Source: Gammaproteobacteria bacterium
Lineage (GTDB): Bacteria > Pseudomonadota > Gammaproteobacteria > CAKMZV01
Assembly: GCA_965277775.1 (NCBI GenBank)
Contig: OZ255843.1
Span: 1,112,131-1,176,130 of the forward strand
Length of the DNA stretch: 64,000 bases
Direction of reading: 5' to 3'
The notes beneath the pieces were generated by a model. The model was given only the letters and a program-made list of their open reading frames with translations. It was not told the DNA's origin and ran no database searches. The position numbers and the translations under genes were made by a program. Positions 1 to 9,787 of this stretch are shown in pieces; the first letter of the stretch is position 1, and every line of letters begins with the position of its first letter.

Positions 1-4
1 AATA

Positions 5-3000
5 GTGGTGGTGAACGTATCAGCCGTCAATGACCCACCAACAATATCGCTCTCAACCGACAGTATCACAGTCTTCGGTGGATTTTCGCCGATCACCATT
101 GGCACGACCATCACTGATGCTGATCATAACGGCAATTTTAGCTACACCATCCAAGACGCTAACCCAGGGGTGGTCAGAGCAATGGCTTCACCTAACGCCA
201 TCATATTGAATGCTATTACTGGCGTTTCAGGTACAACCACCATAACGGTCAGATCATCAGCTGACCCTTTAGGTGCAATAGCGACCAGAACAATATCGGT
301 TGTTGTGGTTAATTCTTCCCCTGTACTGAATGTTTCTACCAGTCTTATCCTCGTGCAAGAAGACTTTACCAATTCCATAGTCGTCAGAGCCACTGTCACG
401 GATGCCGAACCTGGTACATTGAGCATCACAGTGACATCCTCCACCAGTATTGTCAATGCTGTTGTTTCACCACCAATCAACAACGTGAGAAACATTACCT
501 TAACGCCAGTTGCTCATGCCAATGGACGAACCACTATTACCGTCCAGACAACAGATGTCGGTGGCAAAACCGCTTCTTCTGAGTTTGTCGTGGCGGTTAC
601 GGCTGTCAATGACCTGCCAACCCTGTCCGTCTCAAACAATAGCATTTCAAGAACGGGGGTTTTTACGCCCATCACCATTCGCACGACAGCAAGTGATGTT
701 GAAGATGGCGTTTTATCCTTTGATGTGCAAGAATCCGCCACTGGGGTAATCAGAGTATCCACAACGACCAATTCGATTATCTTAAGTGCTATTGCTGGCG
801 GTTCAGGTCAAACCACCTTAACGGTCCGTGTCGTTGACAGTTTGGGTTCTACAGCCTTGCAAACAATCGCTGTTGATGTCACCATAATAAGCAGTGGATC
901 AACACCTGTACTGCAGGTTACGACGACCCGCATCAGCCTTCAAGAAGATTTTGGTGCGCCTTTTGTCATCGATACCATTGAAACAGATGATGATGGTGAT
1001 AGATTAACCTTTTCTTTAACATCAACAACCTATTTAGTCGATGCACAAATTTCGTCATTAAGCAGCGACAGGAGAACCATTACTCTAACGCCAGTTGCTC
1101 ATGCTCATGGCACATCAACTTTGTTCGTCCAAACGGCCGACCCAGGTGGTCTTGTAGATTCTACAGAAATTGTCGTGGTCGTCAGCCCAGTTAATGATCC
1201 CGTTACGCTCTCTTTGCCGATTTCTTTCCTTGGTACAACTGCTGGGGAAAATCAGCTTTACCGCAACATACAAAGCATTAATATCAATCATATAGACAAT
1301 GAACCCATTGTGGCTCAAATACGGGTGACGAGTAATAACCCCCCCCCCCCCCTATTTTCAGCAGATCCAACCCCAGTGGTTAGCTTCACCACCCATACCT
1401 TAACGACCACGACCCTATTGAACTCAGGCTCGACTACAGCGCACTTGTATTTCACAATTCCGCCTGATCGAACAGGTTTCGCCAATCTGTTTATTCAACT
1501 CACCAATCTGACTTATTCAGAAGCGACCACACAAACTCTGACGATTCAAGTCTTTCCTAGGGATTTGCCTCCAGCGATCATTCGAGAAAACACAAACCTT
1601 AGAAATTTAGTTGTAAATGGTGGGCATCTGTACGCCAATTCGGCAATAACATCACAAGCAATCACGCCCTTTTTAGCACAAGCGAGCGCTTTGGGTGGTC
1701 ATTTGGTCAACATCAATACAGTTGAAGAGTTTAATTTTTTGCGTTCAAGTGGATTAGACACTCATGAGGCTTGGTATGGCTTGGTTTTACCCAATCTGAA
1801 TTTTCCCGGCGAGCTGTTTTGGAAAACAAACAACAGCACGCTTGCCTATGGTTTTGTCAGTACCAGTGCCAATACCACTGGCAATATCTCTGTCTATCCA
1901 GGTATTTATCCCTTAGCTTGGGACAGTGCAAGTGGATTAATTGCTAATAGGCCATCATCAGTCCCCTCCACTTTCAATTGGACGGTTTATAACCAATCAC
2001 CATTGGATAGATTCTTTTTATTAGGCGATGGCGGTGATACCCGACCTCGCTCAGCACTTTATGAATTTCCCCAAGGTTTAACACCCACTTCCAATCAGCC
2101 TGTCATAATCACTGCTGGCGCACGCGCAACCGTACGCTTGACCGGATATGATTTGAATGGTGACTCAATAAGTACAGCAAATTGGAGCGCCAGTCCGACT
2201 GTGGGAACCTTCAGCTTTACCCATGTTTCTGCAACGACAGGCGTTCATACAGTGGATTTCCATTATACTCTGCCATTTAGTTTCACAGGCGAAATAACCG
2301 TTACTGCCACCCTAACAGTAAATAGTACAGTCACGTCCATTCCGCTGCGATTTGTTACTGTGGTGCCGACATTTAATTTGCCTACAAACAAAGTCGTCTT
2401 GACCGAGAACAGTAGTCAAACCATTCGCCATCAACTAACTATCACCAATATTAGTATTCCAGCGCTCGCTGGGACAACAACCACCGAAGACTTAGAATGG
2501 CGGTTTACTGGGGATCTTGGTTCCCCATTTTCTACTCAACCTGCGTTTTTCATCAGTTTCTCGACCAATGCCATAATGTCCACTGCCAGCATTGGTTCAG
2601 TGCCGCAAACGGCGCAATTGTATTTTTCAATCGCCCCTGATTCATCGGGTACGAGAACCATTCTCATACAACTTACCAATCGCGATAATACAATAAGATC
2701 AGTTGAACAATCTCTGATTGTGCAAGTTATTCCAGCGGCTGAACCTCCGACGATCATTCAGGCCAGCCCAAATCTTCAAAATTTAGTTGTTCATGGCAGT
2801 CATCTCTATGCCAATTCAGCGACACCATCACAAGCAATTACGCCCTTTTTGGCACAAGCGAATGCTTTGGGTGGCCATTTGGCCAACATCAATACAGAAG
2901 AAGAGTTGACGTTTTTGCAATCGGGTGCAGGCGGGATAAGCATTTCTGAAACTTGGATTGGGCTGGTTTTACCCCAGCGACACTTTCCGGGCAAGCTTTT

Positions 3001-6000
3001 TTGGGTAACGAATGACAGCACTATAGCCTATGCGTATGCCAGCACTGACAACGCGGTCAACTATCCGGGTCATTATGGCTTGAGGTGGACTGCCAGTGGA
3101 GCGGTAATTGCCAATAGAAGGGGTAGTGCCTCCACCCTATTCAATTGGACTATTTATTCCCCTGGCGTAAATAGTTTTTTCCTATTAGACGATATTGGAG
3201 ATAGGAGTCGTTATGCGCTTTATGAATTTCCGCAAGGCTTGCCAGTCACACCAATACAGACAGATGTAACCTCAACAGTCACTGTTCGATTGACGGGTTT
3301 TGATTTGGATGGTGATGCGATAACTGCAGCTGATTGGAGCGCATCCGTAGCGACTGGTACAGTCAATCTTAGGCCTGTTTCTCAAGCAAACGGCGTTCAG
3401 ACAATGGATTTAGTTTATACCGCTCCAACATCTTTTCTGGGTCAAACAATCGTCGTCGTTACTCTAACAGTGAATGGATTAAGCACCTCCAGAGACATTT
3501 TATTCACCGTGCTTGATGCCCCACCCACCATTGTCTTGTCAACGAATGCCGTAATGGTTAACGAAGAATTTACCACCTTTACCATCGCCGCCACCGCTAC
3601 CGATCGAGGTTTTAGTGACACTTTGCCGTTTACGGTGCGCGCTTCAAACGCGGGTATTATGAACATATCGGCCTTGGCCAATGGCTTTCAATTTTCGGGC
3701 GCGCCCGATTTTAACGGTTTGGTCACTCTAACGGCGCAAACAACAGATTCTATCGGGCAAATAAGTTCAGCCATTGTCGTCGTCACAGTACAACCGACAC
3801 CAGACACCCCAACAATCAACGTCACAACCAATAATATTACAGCTATAAATGGCTTTTCGCCCATCTCTATTGGCGTAACGGCACAAGATGTCGATCATGT
3901 TGCTATTCCTTTACCTTTTACCGTACAAACGTCCACTTCAGGTTTGGTCAGAATAACCACAGCAGCAAATACAATCGTTTTAAATAGTATACCTGGTGCC
4001 ACTGGTCAAACAACCTTAACCGTCCGTACAATTGATGGAACTGGTCGAACAGCGACACAAACAATCGTTGTCAATGTGGTCATTATTCTCAGCAGCAACG
4101 CTCCTACGCTGGCAACTTCAACCGGCCTCATCTACGTACAAGAAGACTTTTCGACACCAGTGAGCATTCAAGTGAACGGCAGAGATTCTGACAATCAAAT
4201 AGTTACGCTTTCACTGAGTTCATCCTCGCATCTTGTGAATGCTGTGATTGCCAGTCCGTCCACCGGCAGAGGTACCGTCGCGAGCACAATCACCTTAACT
4301 TCGGTTAGCGATCTCTATGGCATTGCGACATTGACCGTGATAGCGACCGATGAAGGCGGTCGATCCACTACTCAGGAGACTGTCGTCGTGGTTACGCCCG
4401 TTGTAGAGACCAACCCCATATCATTCACTGTATCAACTTCTGCAATCACCTTGTCTGCCATCGGCAATCAACTCAATCGAAACATACAAAACATTAACAT
4501 CCGTAACCCAGGGGATTTAAATCTACGCACTCAATTTACTGTGACGAGCAGTGGTAGTTCCATATTTTCAACCAATCCTGCGCCGGTGGTGAGTTTCACC
4601 CCCAATGCATTAACAACTTCAATGATGTTGTCTTCACCCATGCACACGGCACAGTTGTATTTTTCAATCGCCCCTAACCAAACAGGCACAGCGACCTTGA
4701 CAATTCAACTCGACGATCTGGACCGCCGCGAATCGACGCAACAAACCGTGGTTGTTAGCGTTCACACAGCGAATGTAGCGCCCATCTTAACGCGATCCGA
4801 CCAAGGCCTTCAAAACCTTGTTGTTCATGGCGGTCGTCTTTATGCCAACTCTATGATATCGACAACATCGGTCAATCCGTACTTGACAGAAGCCAGCGCA
4901 CTGGGTGGCCATTTGATCAACCTCAATACGGTTGAGGAATTAAATTTTATTCGTTCTAGTTCTCTAACCTCGCAGAATGCTTGGTTTGGTTTGATTTTAC
5001 GGCAGCTAGAATTTCCAGGTCAGTTATCTTGGGAAACAAATGACAGCACCACTGGTTATGGATTTGCCCGAGTCAATGACATGCTCACGGTCTATCCTGG
5101 TCATTTTGCCCTACCTTGGGAACCTTTTGTTGGGCTGTTTGCCAATAGAGGATCAACCCAACCGTCTGTGTTTAATGCAGCAAATTATTCCAAAACACTC
5201 AATTCGTTTTTCTTATTAGGAGATCGAGGTGATACAACACCTCGAGTTGGACTTTATGAATTTCCTCAAGGCTTGCCCCACGCGACCGACATAGGATTTT
5301 CATTATTTGCTGGATCAAGTGTAACCGTACGCATTACGGGCATCGTTTTAACTGGTGAGACAATAACCAGAGCTCATTGGAGTGCATCCGTAGCAACTGG
5401 TACGGTGCGTATTAACACTGTTTCTCAAAGCTCAGGCATTCAAACGGTGGATTTGGTTTACACCGCGCCTGCAGATTTTGTAGGAAACGTGCCTATTTTC
5501 ATCAATCTACAAGTGAATGGTTTGGTCACGACCTCTGCAGTTGATATTAATATTACTACACAGCCAAGTCTTTCAGTCCATGTTTCTGGCATTAAGACCC
5601 TTGATTTTAGTTGGAGTGCGATCCAAGGTGTGATAACTTTTGTGTTGGAGAACACACCCGGGGGTGCGATGCTAAGTGCGACCTCTTATCTGTTGGAGAG
5701 CAATCCCGATGGAAATTCAGGTTTTACCAACTTGAGCTTGTTGAGCACCACTGGCATCGTTATTACACCTAATAGCACCAACATCGCTCAACAAACGGCA
5801 CAGGGCGTGGTAGCCCTACATCGTTACATCCCAAATGTGACTGACCCACAGTTTGGCGTGAGAACTTGTTTTCAAGCAGCAAAGTGTGAAGCCAGCATGC
5901 GGCATAACACCGCCATTGTGACCAACTCTACGCTGAACGATATGATTGGTAGAATACAGAGGGCTAACACTACTGGTGTCGGTACTGCAAATGATGCATT

Positions 6001-7162
6001 TGGTCAGTCTTTGGATCTGAGCGGTGATGGTAATAGCTTTATCGTCGGAGCAAATCTTTACGATGCCCCGAACTTAACCAATAATGGTGGTGGCGCCTAT
6101 GTATTCACCCGCAACGGTAGCACATGGACTCAACAAGCATTCCTCCAAGTGCCTTCGGTTTTTCACAGCAGCAACGATAATTTTGGCGTATCTGTCAGCA
6201 TAAACGCTAATGGCGATACGGTTGCCGTAGGCGCTACTGGTGATGATGGGGTAGCCTCTGTCGACAGTGTCAATGAAGGCGCAGTTTACATATTCGAGCG
6301 CAATGGTTCCGCTTGGACATATGTAACAGATTTAAGAGCAAGCAATAGGCAAGTAGGCGATGAGTTTGGCAGTTCTGTCAGTTTAAGCGATGATGGCAAT
6401 ACCCTTGCCGTGGGCGCTCATTTCGAGGATGACGGGGATACTGATTCAGGCGCAGTCTATATTTTTACCCGCACTGCTGGTTCGACTACTTCTACTTGGG
6501 TTCAACAAGCGTTTCTTAAACCAACACATGCGTTTAATGTTAATGCGAATTTTGGTGCTGCTGTGGCATTAAGCGGAGACGGCAACACCCTTGCCGTGGG
6601 TGCACCATTTTGGCTGAATAAAATAGGTAGGGTGGATACGTTCCGCCGCAGTGGTACCTCTTGGTCATCATTTTTAAGTTTCCCTTCTAGAGTTGACTCA
6701 GCAGTTGACGATCATTTTGGCTCATCAGTCAGCCTAGACGCTAATGGTGATATCCTTGCTGTAGGAGCGCCAAACAAAGACGCGGCAGCTGGTGTTGCCT
6801 ATGTGTACCACATTGCATTTGGGCGACATTGGGGCCTACACACAACCTTCAGAGCATCAAATGCGGAAAGTGGCGATCAATTTGGCACATCAGTCAGTCT
6901 AAGCGCTGATGGCAATCTACTTGCCGTAGGGGCAATTGGTGAAGATGGCTCAAGCAATGGGGTTGGAGGCGTAAAAAATAATACGCTTAATAGTTCAGGC
7001 GCCGTCTATATGTATGAATTTGGAACCGTCTGGGTTGAACGCGCCTATGTCAAAGCCAGAAATCCTGCAGCAAGTCAATTTTTTGGTCGTGCATCGAGTT
7101 TAAGCAGCGATGGTAATACTTTGCTTGTGGGTCCAAGCTCAAATGCTGTTTACTTATATTAA
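5..7162 (+). CDS. Giant repetitive surface/adhesin-like protein with its 5' end outside the window (at least 2385 aa). It has ~95-100 aa Ig/cadherin-like repeats ending in VNDxPT, three C-type-lectin-like modules and C-terminal FG-GAP (integrin-alpha-like) propeller repeats
   Basis: Single uninterrupted 7.16 kb ORF open to the window edge. Repeat junctions VNDPPT/VNDLPT/VNDPVT recur. GGHLxNINTxEExxF ... W[YIF]GL[VI]L ... LYEFPQGL occurs three times. FGxSVSLSxDGNxLAVGA-type repeats occur about 8 times from ~nt 5990. Confidence 0.85.
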   Translation: MVVNVSAVNDPPTISLSTDSITVFGGFSPITIGTTITDADHNGNFSYTIQDANPGVVRAMASPNAIILNAITGVSGTTTITVRSSADPLGAIATRTISVVVVNSSPVLNVSTSLILVQEDFTNSIVVRATVTDAEPGTLSITVTSSTSIVNAVVSPPINNVRNITLTPVAHANGRTTITVQTTDVGGKTASSEFVVAVTAVNDLPTLSVSNNSISRTGVFTPITIRTTASDVEDGVLSFDVQESATGVIRVSTTTNSIILSAIAGGSGQTTLTVRVVDSLGSTALQTIAVDVTIISSGSTPVLQVTTTRISLQEDFGAPFVIDTIETDDDGDRLTFSLTSTTYLVDAQISSLSSDRRTITLTPVAHAHGTSTLFVQTADPGGLVDSTEIVVVVSPVNDPVTLSLPISFLGTTAGENQLYRNIQSININHIDNEPIVAQIRVTSNNPPPPLFSADPTPVVSFTTHTLTTTTLLNSGSTTAHLYFTIPPDRTGFANLFIQLTNLTYSEATTQTLTIQVFPRDLPPAIIRENTNLRNLVVNGGHLYANSAITSQAITPFLAQASALGGHLVNINTVEEFNFLRSSGLDTHEAWYGLVLPNLNFPGELFWKTNNSTLAYGFVSTSANTTGNISVYPGIYPLAWDSASGLIANRPSSVPSTFNWTVYNQSPLDRFFLLGDGGDTRPRSALYEFPQGLTPTSNQPVIITAGARATVRLTGYDLNGDSISTANWSASPTVGTFSFTHVSATTGVHTVDFHYTLPFSFTGEITVTATLTVNSTVTSIPLRFVTVVPTFNLPTNKVVLTENSSQTIRHQLTITNISIPALAGTTTTEDLEWRFTGDLGSPFSTQPAFFISFSTNAIMSTASIGSVPQTAQLYFSIAPDSSGTRTILIQLTNRDNTIRSVEQSLIVQVIPAAEPPTIIQASPNLQNLVVHGSHLYANSATPSQAITPFLAQANALGGHLANINTEEELTFLQSGAGGISISETWIGLVLPQRHFPGKLFWVTNDSTIAYAYASTDNAVNYPGHYGLRWTASGAVIANRRGSASTLFNWTIYSPGVNSFFLLDDIGDRSRYALYEFPQGLPVTPIQTDVTSTVTVRLTGFDLDGDAITAADWSASVATGTVNLRPVSQANGVQTMDLVYTAPTSFLGQTIVVVTLTVNGLSTSRDILFTVLDAPPTIVLSTNAVMVNEEFTTFTIAATATDRGFSDTLPFTVRASNAGIMNISALANGFQFSGAPDFNGLVTLTAQTTDSIGQISSAIVVVTVQPTPDTPTINVTTNNITAINGFSPISIGVTAQDVDHVAIPLPFTVQTSTSGLVRITTAANTIVLNSIPGATGQTTLTVRTIDGTGRTATQTIVVNVVIILSSNAPTLATSTGLIYVQEDFSTPVSIQVNGRDSDNQIVTLSLSSSSHLVNAVIASPSTGRGTVASTITLTSVSDLYGIATLTVIATDEGGRSTTQETVVVVTPVVETNPISFTVSTSAITLSAIGNQLNRNIQNINIRNPGDLNLRTQFTVTSSGSSIFSTNPAPVVSFTPNALTTSMMLSSPMHTAQLYFSIAPNQTGTATLTIQLDDLDRRESTQQTVVVSVHTANVAPILTRSDQGLQNLVVHGGRLYANSMISTTSVNPYLTEASALGGHLINLNTVEELNFIRSSSLTSQNAWFGLILRQLEFPGQLSWETNDSTTGYGFARVNDMLTVYPGHFALPWEPFVGLFANRGSTQPSVFNAANYSKTLNSFFLLGDRGDTTPRVGLYEFPQGLPHATDIGFSLFAGSSVTVRITGIVLTGETITRAHWSASVATGTVRINTVSQSSGIQTVDLVYTAPADFVGNVPIFINLQVNGLVTTSAVDINITTQPSLSVHVSGIKTLDFSWSAIQGVITFVLENTPGGAMLSATSYLLESNPDGNSGFTNLSLLSTTGIVITPNSTNIAQQTAQGVVALHRYIPNVTDPQFGVRTCFQAAKCEASMRHNTAIVTNSTLNDMIGRIQRANTTGVGTANDAFGQSLDLSGDGNSFIVGANLYDAPNLTNNGGGAYVFTRNGSTWTQQAFLQVPSVFHSSNDNFGVSVSINANGDTVAVGATGDDGVASVDSVNEGAVYIFERNGSAWTYVTDLRASNRQVGDEFGSSVSLSDDGNTLAVGAHFEDDGDTDSGAVYIFTRTAGSTTSTWVQQAFLKPTHAFNVNANFGAAVALSGDGNTLAVGAPFWLNKIGRVDTFRRSGTSWSSFLSFPSRVDSAVDDHFGSSVSLDANGDILAVGAPNKDAAAGVAYVYHIAFGRHWGLHTTFRASNAESGDQFGTSVSLSADGNLLAVGAIGEDGSSNGVGGVKNNTLNSSGAVYMYEFGTVWVERAYVKARNPAASQFFGRASSLSSDGNTLLVGPSSNAVYLY
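1339..1352 (+). repeat. Homopolymeric poly-C tract (14 C by my count) inside the giant adhesin ORF, encoding a Pro run
   Basis: Read directly: agtaataaCCCCCCCCCCCCCCtatttt. It is in frame with the ORF as given. Confidence 0.9.
1604..5275 (+). repeat. Three paralogous C-type-lectin-like super-modules (approx 1604..2080, 2780..3251, 4814..5275) with long stretches of similarity at DNA level
   Basis: aatttagttgt(a/t)(a/c)atgg... gccctttttrgcacaagcgarcgctttgggtggycatttgg is shared between copies 1 and 2. All three end with ctttatgaatttcc(c/g/t)caagg. Confidence 0.8.
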
Positions 7163-7367
7163 TTTTCCCTTCCGCTCAATCGGATTCAATGGTGATCAAA
7201 CGATCATCCAGAATTGATTGCGACGGATAAACTGTTCTGGTCCACTGCAAATGGTTTAGTGCGTTGATGCTCATCAGAATGATTTAACAAAACCGTTGTT
7301 CGGTCATATCATCCAAAGTTAAAATCTTTGTTGAGAATGGGCGTCTTAAGAACCACCATTTCATCAT

Positions 7368-8234
7368 TCATGCTTCACCTTGAGACAATTCATGAACAAG
7401 CATGGCATGTTTGCGAATCAAACCCCACCTATACCCACCTAAGTGTCCATTTTTTTGAATGACTCTGTGGCAAGGTATAACAAAGGCCAATGGATTCGCG
7501 CCGATCGCCGTTCCAATAGCACGAGCCCCTTTGGGTCTATCGATGGCCTGCGCAAGTTGACTGTAGCTACATAATTGACCTTGGGGGATATTTAACAATG
7601 CACGCCAAACCATTATTTGAAAATTGGTGCCTTTAACCAATAACGACAGCGGCTGGGTTGAAGCCGATGCATTTAAATCGAATAACCGTGCCACATAAGC
7701 GGCTGTTGTTCGTTGATTTAACTTGATGGTAGCCGCTTGCCACTGATACTGTAAATTTTCTATGTATGAATTGGTGGCGGCTATGTCATCTAAAAAAGTC
7801 AACTGACAAATGCCTCTCTCAGTGACTGCAATGAATACCGTACCGAAAGGACTGGTGTGCACGCCGTATTCAATGTTTAAGCGCCACCCTTGTTCCTTAA
7901 ATTCTTTCGGCGTCACTGCGTTGAGTTGAACAAAATGGTCGTATAGCCGAGAAGCACTGGACAAACCAAGCTGATACGAAGCCTCCATAACAGGACAATG
8001 AACGTCGGTGAGTAGGGTTTTTGCTTGCTCTAAGGTCAAAATTTGCAAGAACTTTTTAGGTGTAACACCCGACCAGCGCCTAAACAGGCGTTGAAAATGA
8101 AACGGACTTAAATGAACACTGTTAGCAATGTCTGCCAATGAGGGTTGCTGATGGATATGCGCTCGAATATAACCAATGGCAGAAGCGATTCGATCGTATG
8201 CCTCTGGGTGCTTTAACTTTTCATCTTTAAACAT
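7368..8234 (-). CDS. AraC-type HTH fused to O6-methylguanine-DNA methyltransferase (Ada-like regulator/repair protein lacking the N-terminal Zn methylphosphotriester domain)
   Basis: N-terminal half has AraC HTH signatures (LADIANSVHLSPFHFQRLFRRWSGVTPKKF). C-terminal half has the MGMT active site IPCHRVI followed by GGYRWG. Confidence 0.8.
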   Translation of the reverse strand: MFKDEKLKHPEAYDRIASAIGYIRAHIHQQPSLADIANSVHLSPFHFQRLFRRWSGVTPKKFLQILTLEQAKTLLTDVHCPVMEASYQLGLSSASRLYDHFVQLNAVTPKEFKEQGWRLNIEYGVHTSPFGTVFIAVTERGICQLTFLDDIAATNSYIENLQYQWQAATIKLNQRTTAAYVARLFDLNASASTQPLSLLVKGTNFQIMVWRALLNIPQGQLCSYSQLAQAIDRPKGARAIGTAIGANPLAFVIPCHRVIQKNGHLGGYRWGLIRKHAMLVHELSQGEA

Positions 8235-8284
8235 GCCGTTATTTTACGTCTTGCTTCAGACGCTTAACCACCCGAATCTTGCGC

Positions 8285-9193
8285 TTATTCAATATTTTTT
8301 CGTTGCGCTCTTATCACCATAAAAACGCCCAATAACGATAATACCAGCCCCCATAAAGCACTGAGTTCTAATCGCTCATCAAAGATCATATAGCCCTCTA
8401 TGGCAACCAATGCTGGTGTGAGGTAAAACAGTGACGTCACAGAAGCTGTCGCGCTATGTTTGAGTAACAGCAGAAACAGTAAAACAGCGCCAATTGACAG
8501 CACAAATACTAACCAAACCATGGCAAAAACAACTTGTCCATTCCATTCTATGTGCCCGTCCTCAATAGCATATGCCACAACAAACATGCACACGCTGGCA
8601 GAAAAATATTGAATGACCGTGGCCGGAATGAGCGCCATGTTTTTGCCATAGTGTTTTTGATAAACAGTGCCGATGGTGATGCCGAGTAAACTCAAAAAGA
8701 CCAGACCAACCAGCCCCAAATCAAGCGTGGCCGTATGAGTGCTATCCCACAGCGACTGCCACGCTGGATAAAGCACAACGACAATACCTAAAAAACCAAT
8801 GGTTAAACCGAACCATTGGTTTTTGGTTAATGATTCTCGCAAAAATATGACAGCAAAAATAGCCGTTAATAGGGGTTGTAGCCCGACAATGAGCGCTGTC
8901 AGCGCAATGGGAAAGCCTTGTCTAACCACATAGAATACACAACCAAGATAGACGCCATGAATCAGCAATCCAATCATGCTGGCGTGTGCCAAACCACTCG
9001 CTTGCTTTGGAAAAGGTTGCTTTAGCAACAGAGCCAGAGGCATTAAAATGAGCGCGACAATAAAAAGCCGAATCGATAGAAATGTCAAAGGATCCGCATA
9101 GGGCGCAGATAACCGTGCGCCAATAAAACCTGTGCTCCATAAAATCACGAATACCGCGGGCGCACATCGAAGTAAGAAGGATTGATTTAGCAC
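8285..9193 (-). CDS. EamA/DMT-superfamily transporter (10-TM exporter type)
   Basis: 302 aa, very hydrophobic, with a two-fold internal repeat of 5-TM units typical of EamA proteins. Confidence 0.7.
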   Translation of the reverse strand: MLNQSFLLRCAPAVFVILWSTGFIGARLSAPYADPLTFLSIRLFIVALILMPLALLLKQPFPKQASGLAHASMIGLLIHGVYLGCVFYVVRQGFPIALTALIVGLQPLLTAIFAVIFLRESLTKNQWFGLTIGFLGIVVVLYPAWQSLWDSTHTATLDLGLVGLVFLSLLGITIGTVYQKHYGKNMALIPATVIQYFSASVCMFVVAYAIEDGHIEWNGQVVFAMVWLVFVLSIGAVLLFLLLLKHSATASVTSLFYLTPALVAIEGYMIFDERLELSALWGLVLSLLGVFMVIRAQRKNIE

Positions 9194-9198
9194 GTTTG

Positions 9199-9786
9199 TT
9201 ATAACAACTGAACGCCCTGATAAAGAAGATAAGAGGCAAAAAGCGCCAATAACCCAGCATTAAAATAACTCAACTTATCCTTGGCTATTTTGGCGCCTTG
9301 ACGACCGATCATCCCCCACATATAAATGCCGAGCAAAAACAAAGGAATGCCCACCACATAAAACAAGACAATGTTTAGCCATAATTGATCGGTGAAGTTT
9401 GCGGCTAAAAACCCAGGCGGAATGCTGATCCAAACCTTGGGGTTGGTCCATGAAAGCAAGGACATGGCTTTCCAATTAAAATCCAATTTCTTATGACTGC
9501 CTTGCCGAGTGCGTACAATCTTCCAAGCCAAGTAGAGAATGACAAAAGCCCCAATGAAATAGAGCGCTTTAACAATGTTGGGGTCAAATCCCCCAATCAC
9601 ACCCACCACCAAACCAATGACCACAATGATCGGCAGCCAGCCAAAAATCAGATACAAACAGTAGTTTTTATAGAGAGTTTTAAAATCGGTATGATTGGCA
9701 ACCTCCATGACAGTTGTCCAAAAAGCCCCTGCACTGAAGACAAATGCTGACCAAAATAAAAACGTTGCAATAATCGATTCGGTCAT
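9199..9786 (-). CDS. LysE/RhtB-family amino acid exporter
   Basis: 195 aa, 5-6 TM. It aligns by eye to E. coli RhtB landmarks (TM1 S-x-G-A, LAWKIVR after TM3, central TNPK motif). Confidence 0.6.
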   Translation of the reverse strand: MTESIIATFLFWSAFVFSAGAFWTTVMEVANHTDFKTLYKNYCLYLIFGWLPIIVVIGLVVGVIGGFDPNIVKALYFIGAFVILYLAWKIVRTRQGSHKKLDFNWKAMSLLSWTNPKVWISIPPGFLAANFTDQLWLNIVLFYVVGIPLFLLGIYMWGMIGRQGAKIAKDKLSYFNAGLLALFASYLLYQGVQLL

Positions 9787-9787
9787 T

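Noticed and set aside
142-5655. Many 60-120 codon ORFs on the opposite strand or in other frames inside the giant adhesin gene (e.g. 142..495, 514..771, 3442..3681, 5458..5655), and similar ones inside nearly every long gene in the window
   Set aside because: They are fully nested in much longer ORFs that carry clear domain signatures. They have no recognisable motifs or ribosome-binding sites. They are typical shadow ORFs of repetitive or GC-balanced coding DNA.
8922-9596. Alternative-frame ORFs overlapping the EamA/LysE genes (8922..9260, 9275..9475, 9405..9596, 9493..9750)
   Set aside because: They overlap well-supported membrane-protein genes. Their translations are Cys/Arg/Trp-rich with no hydrophobic periodicity.
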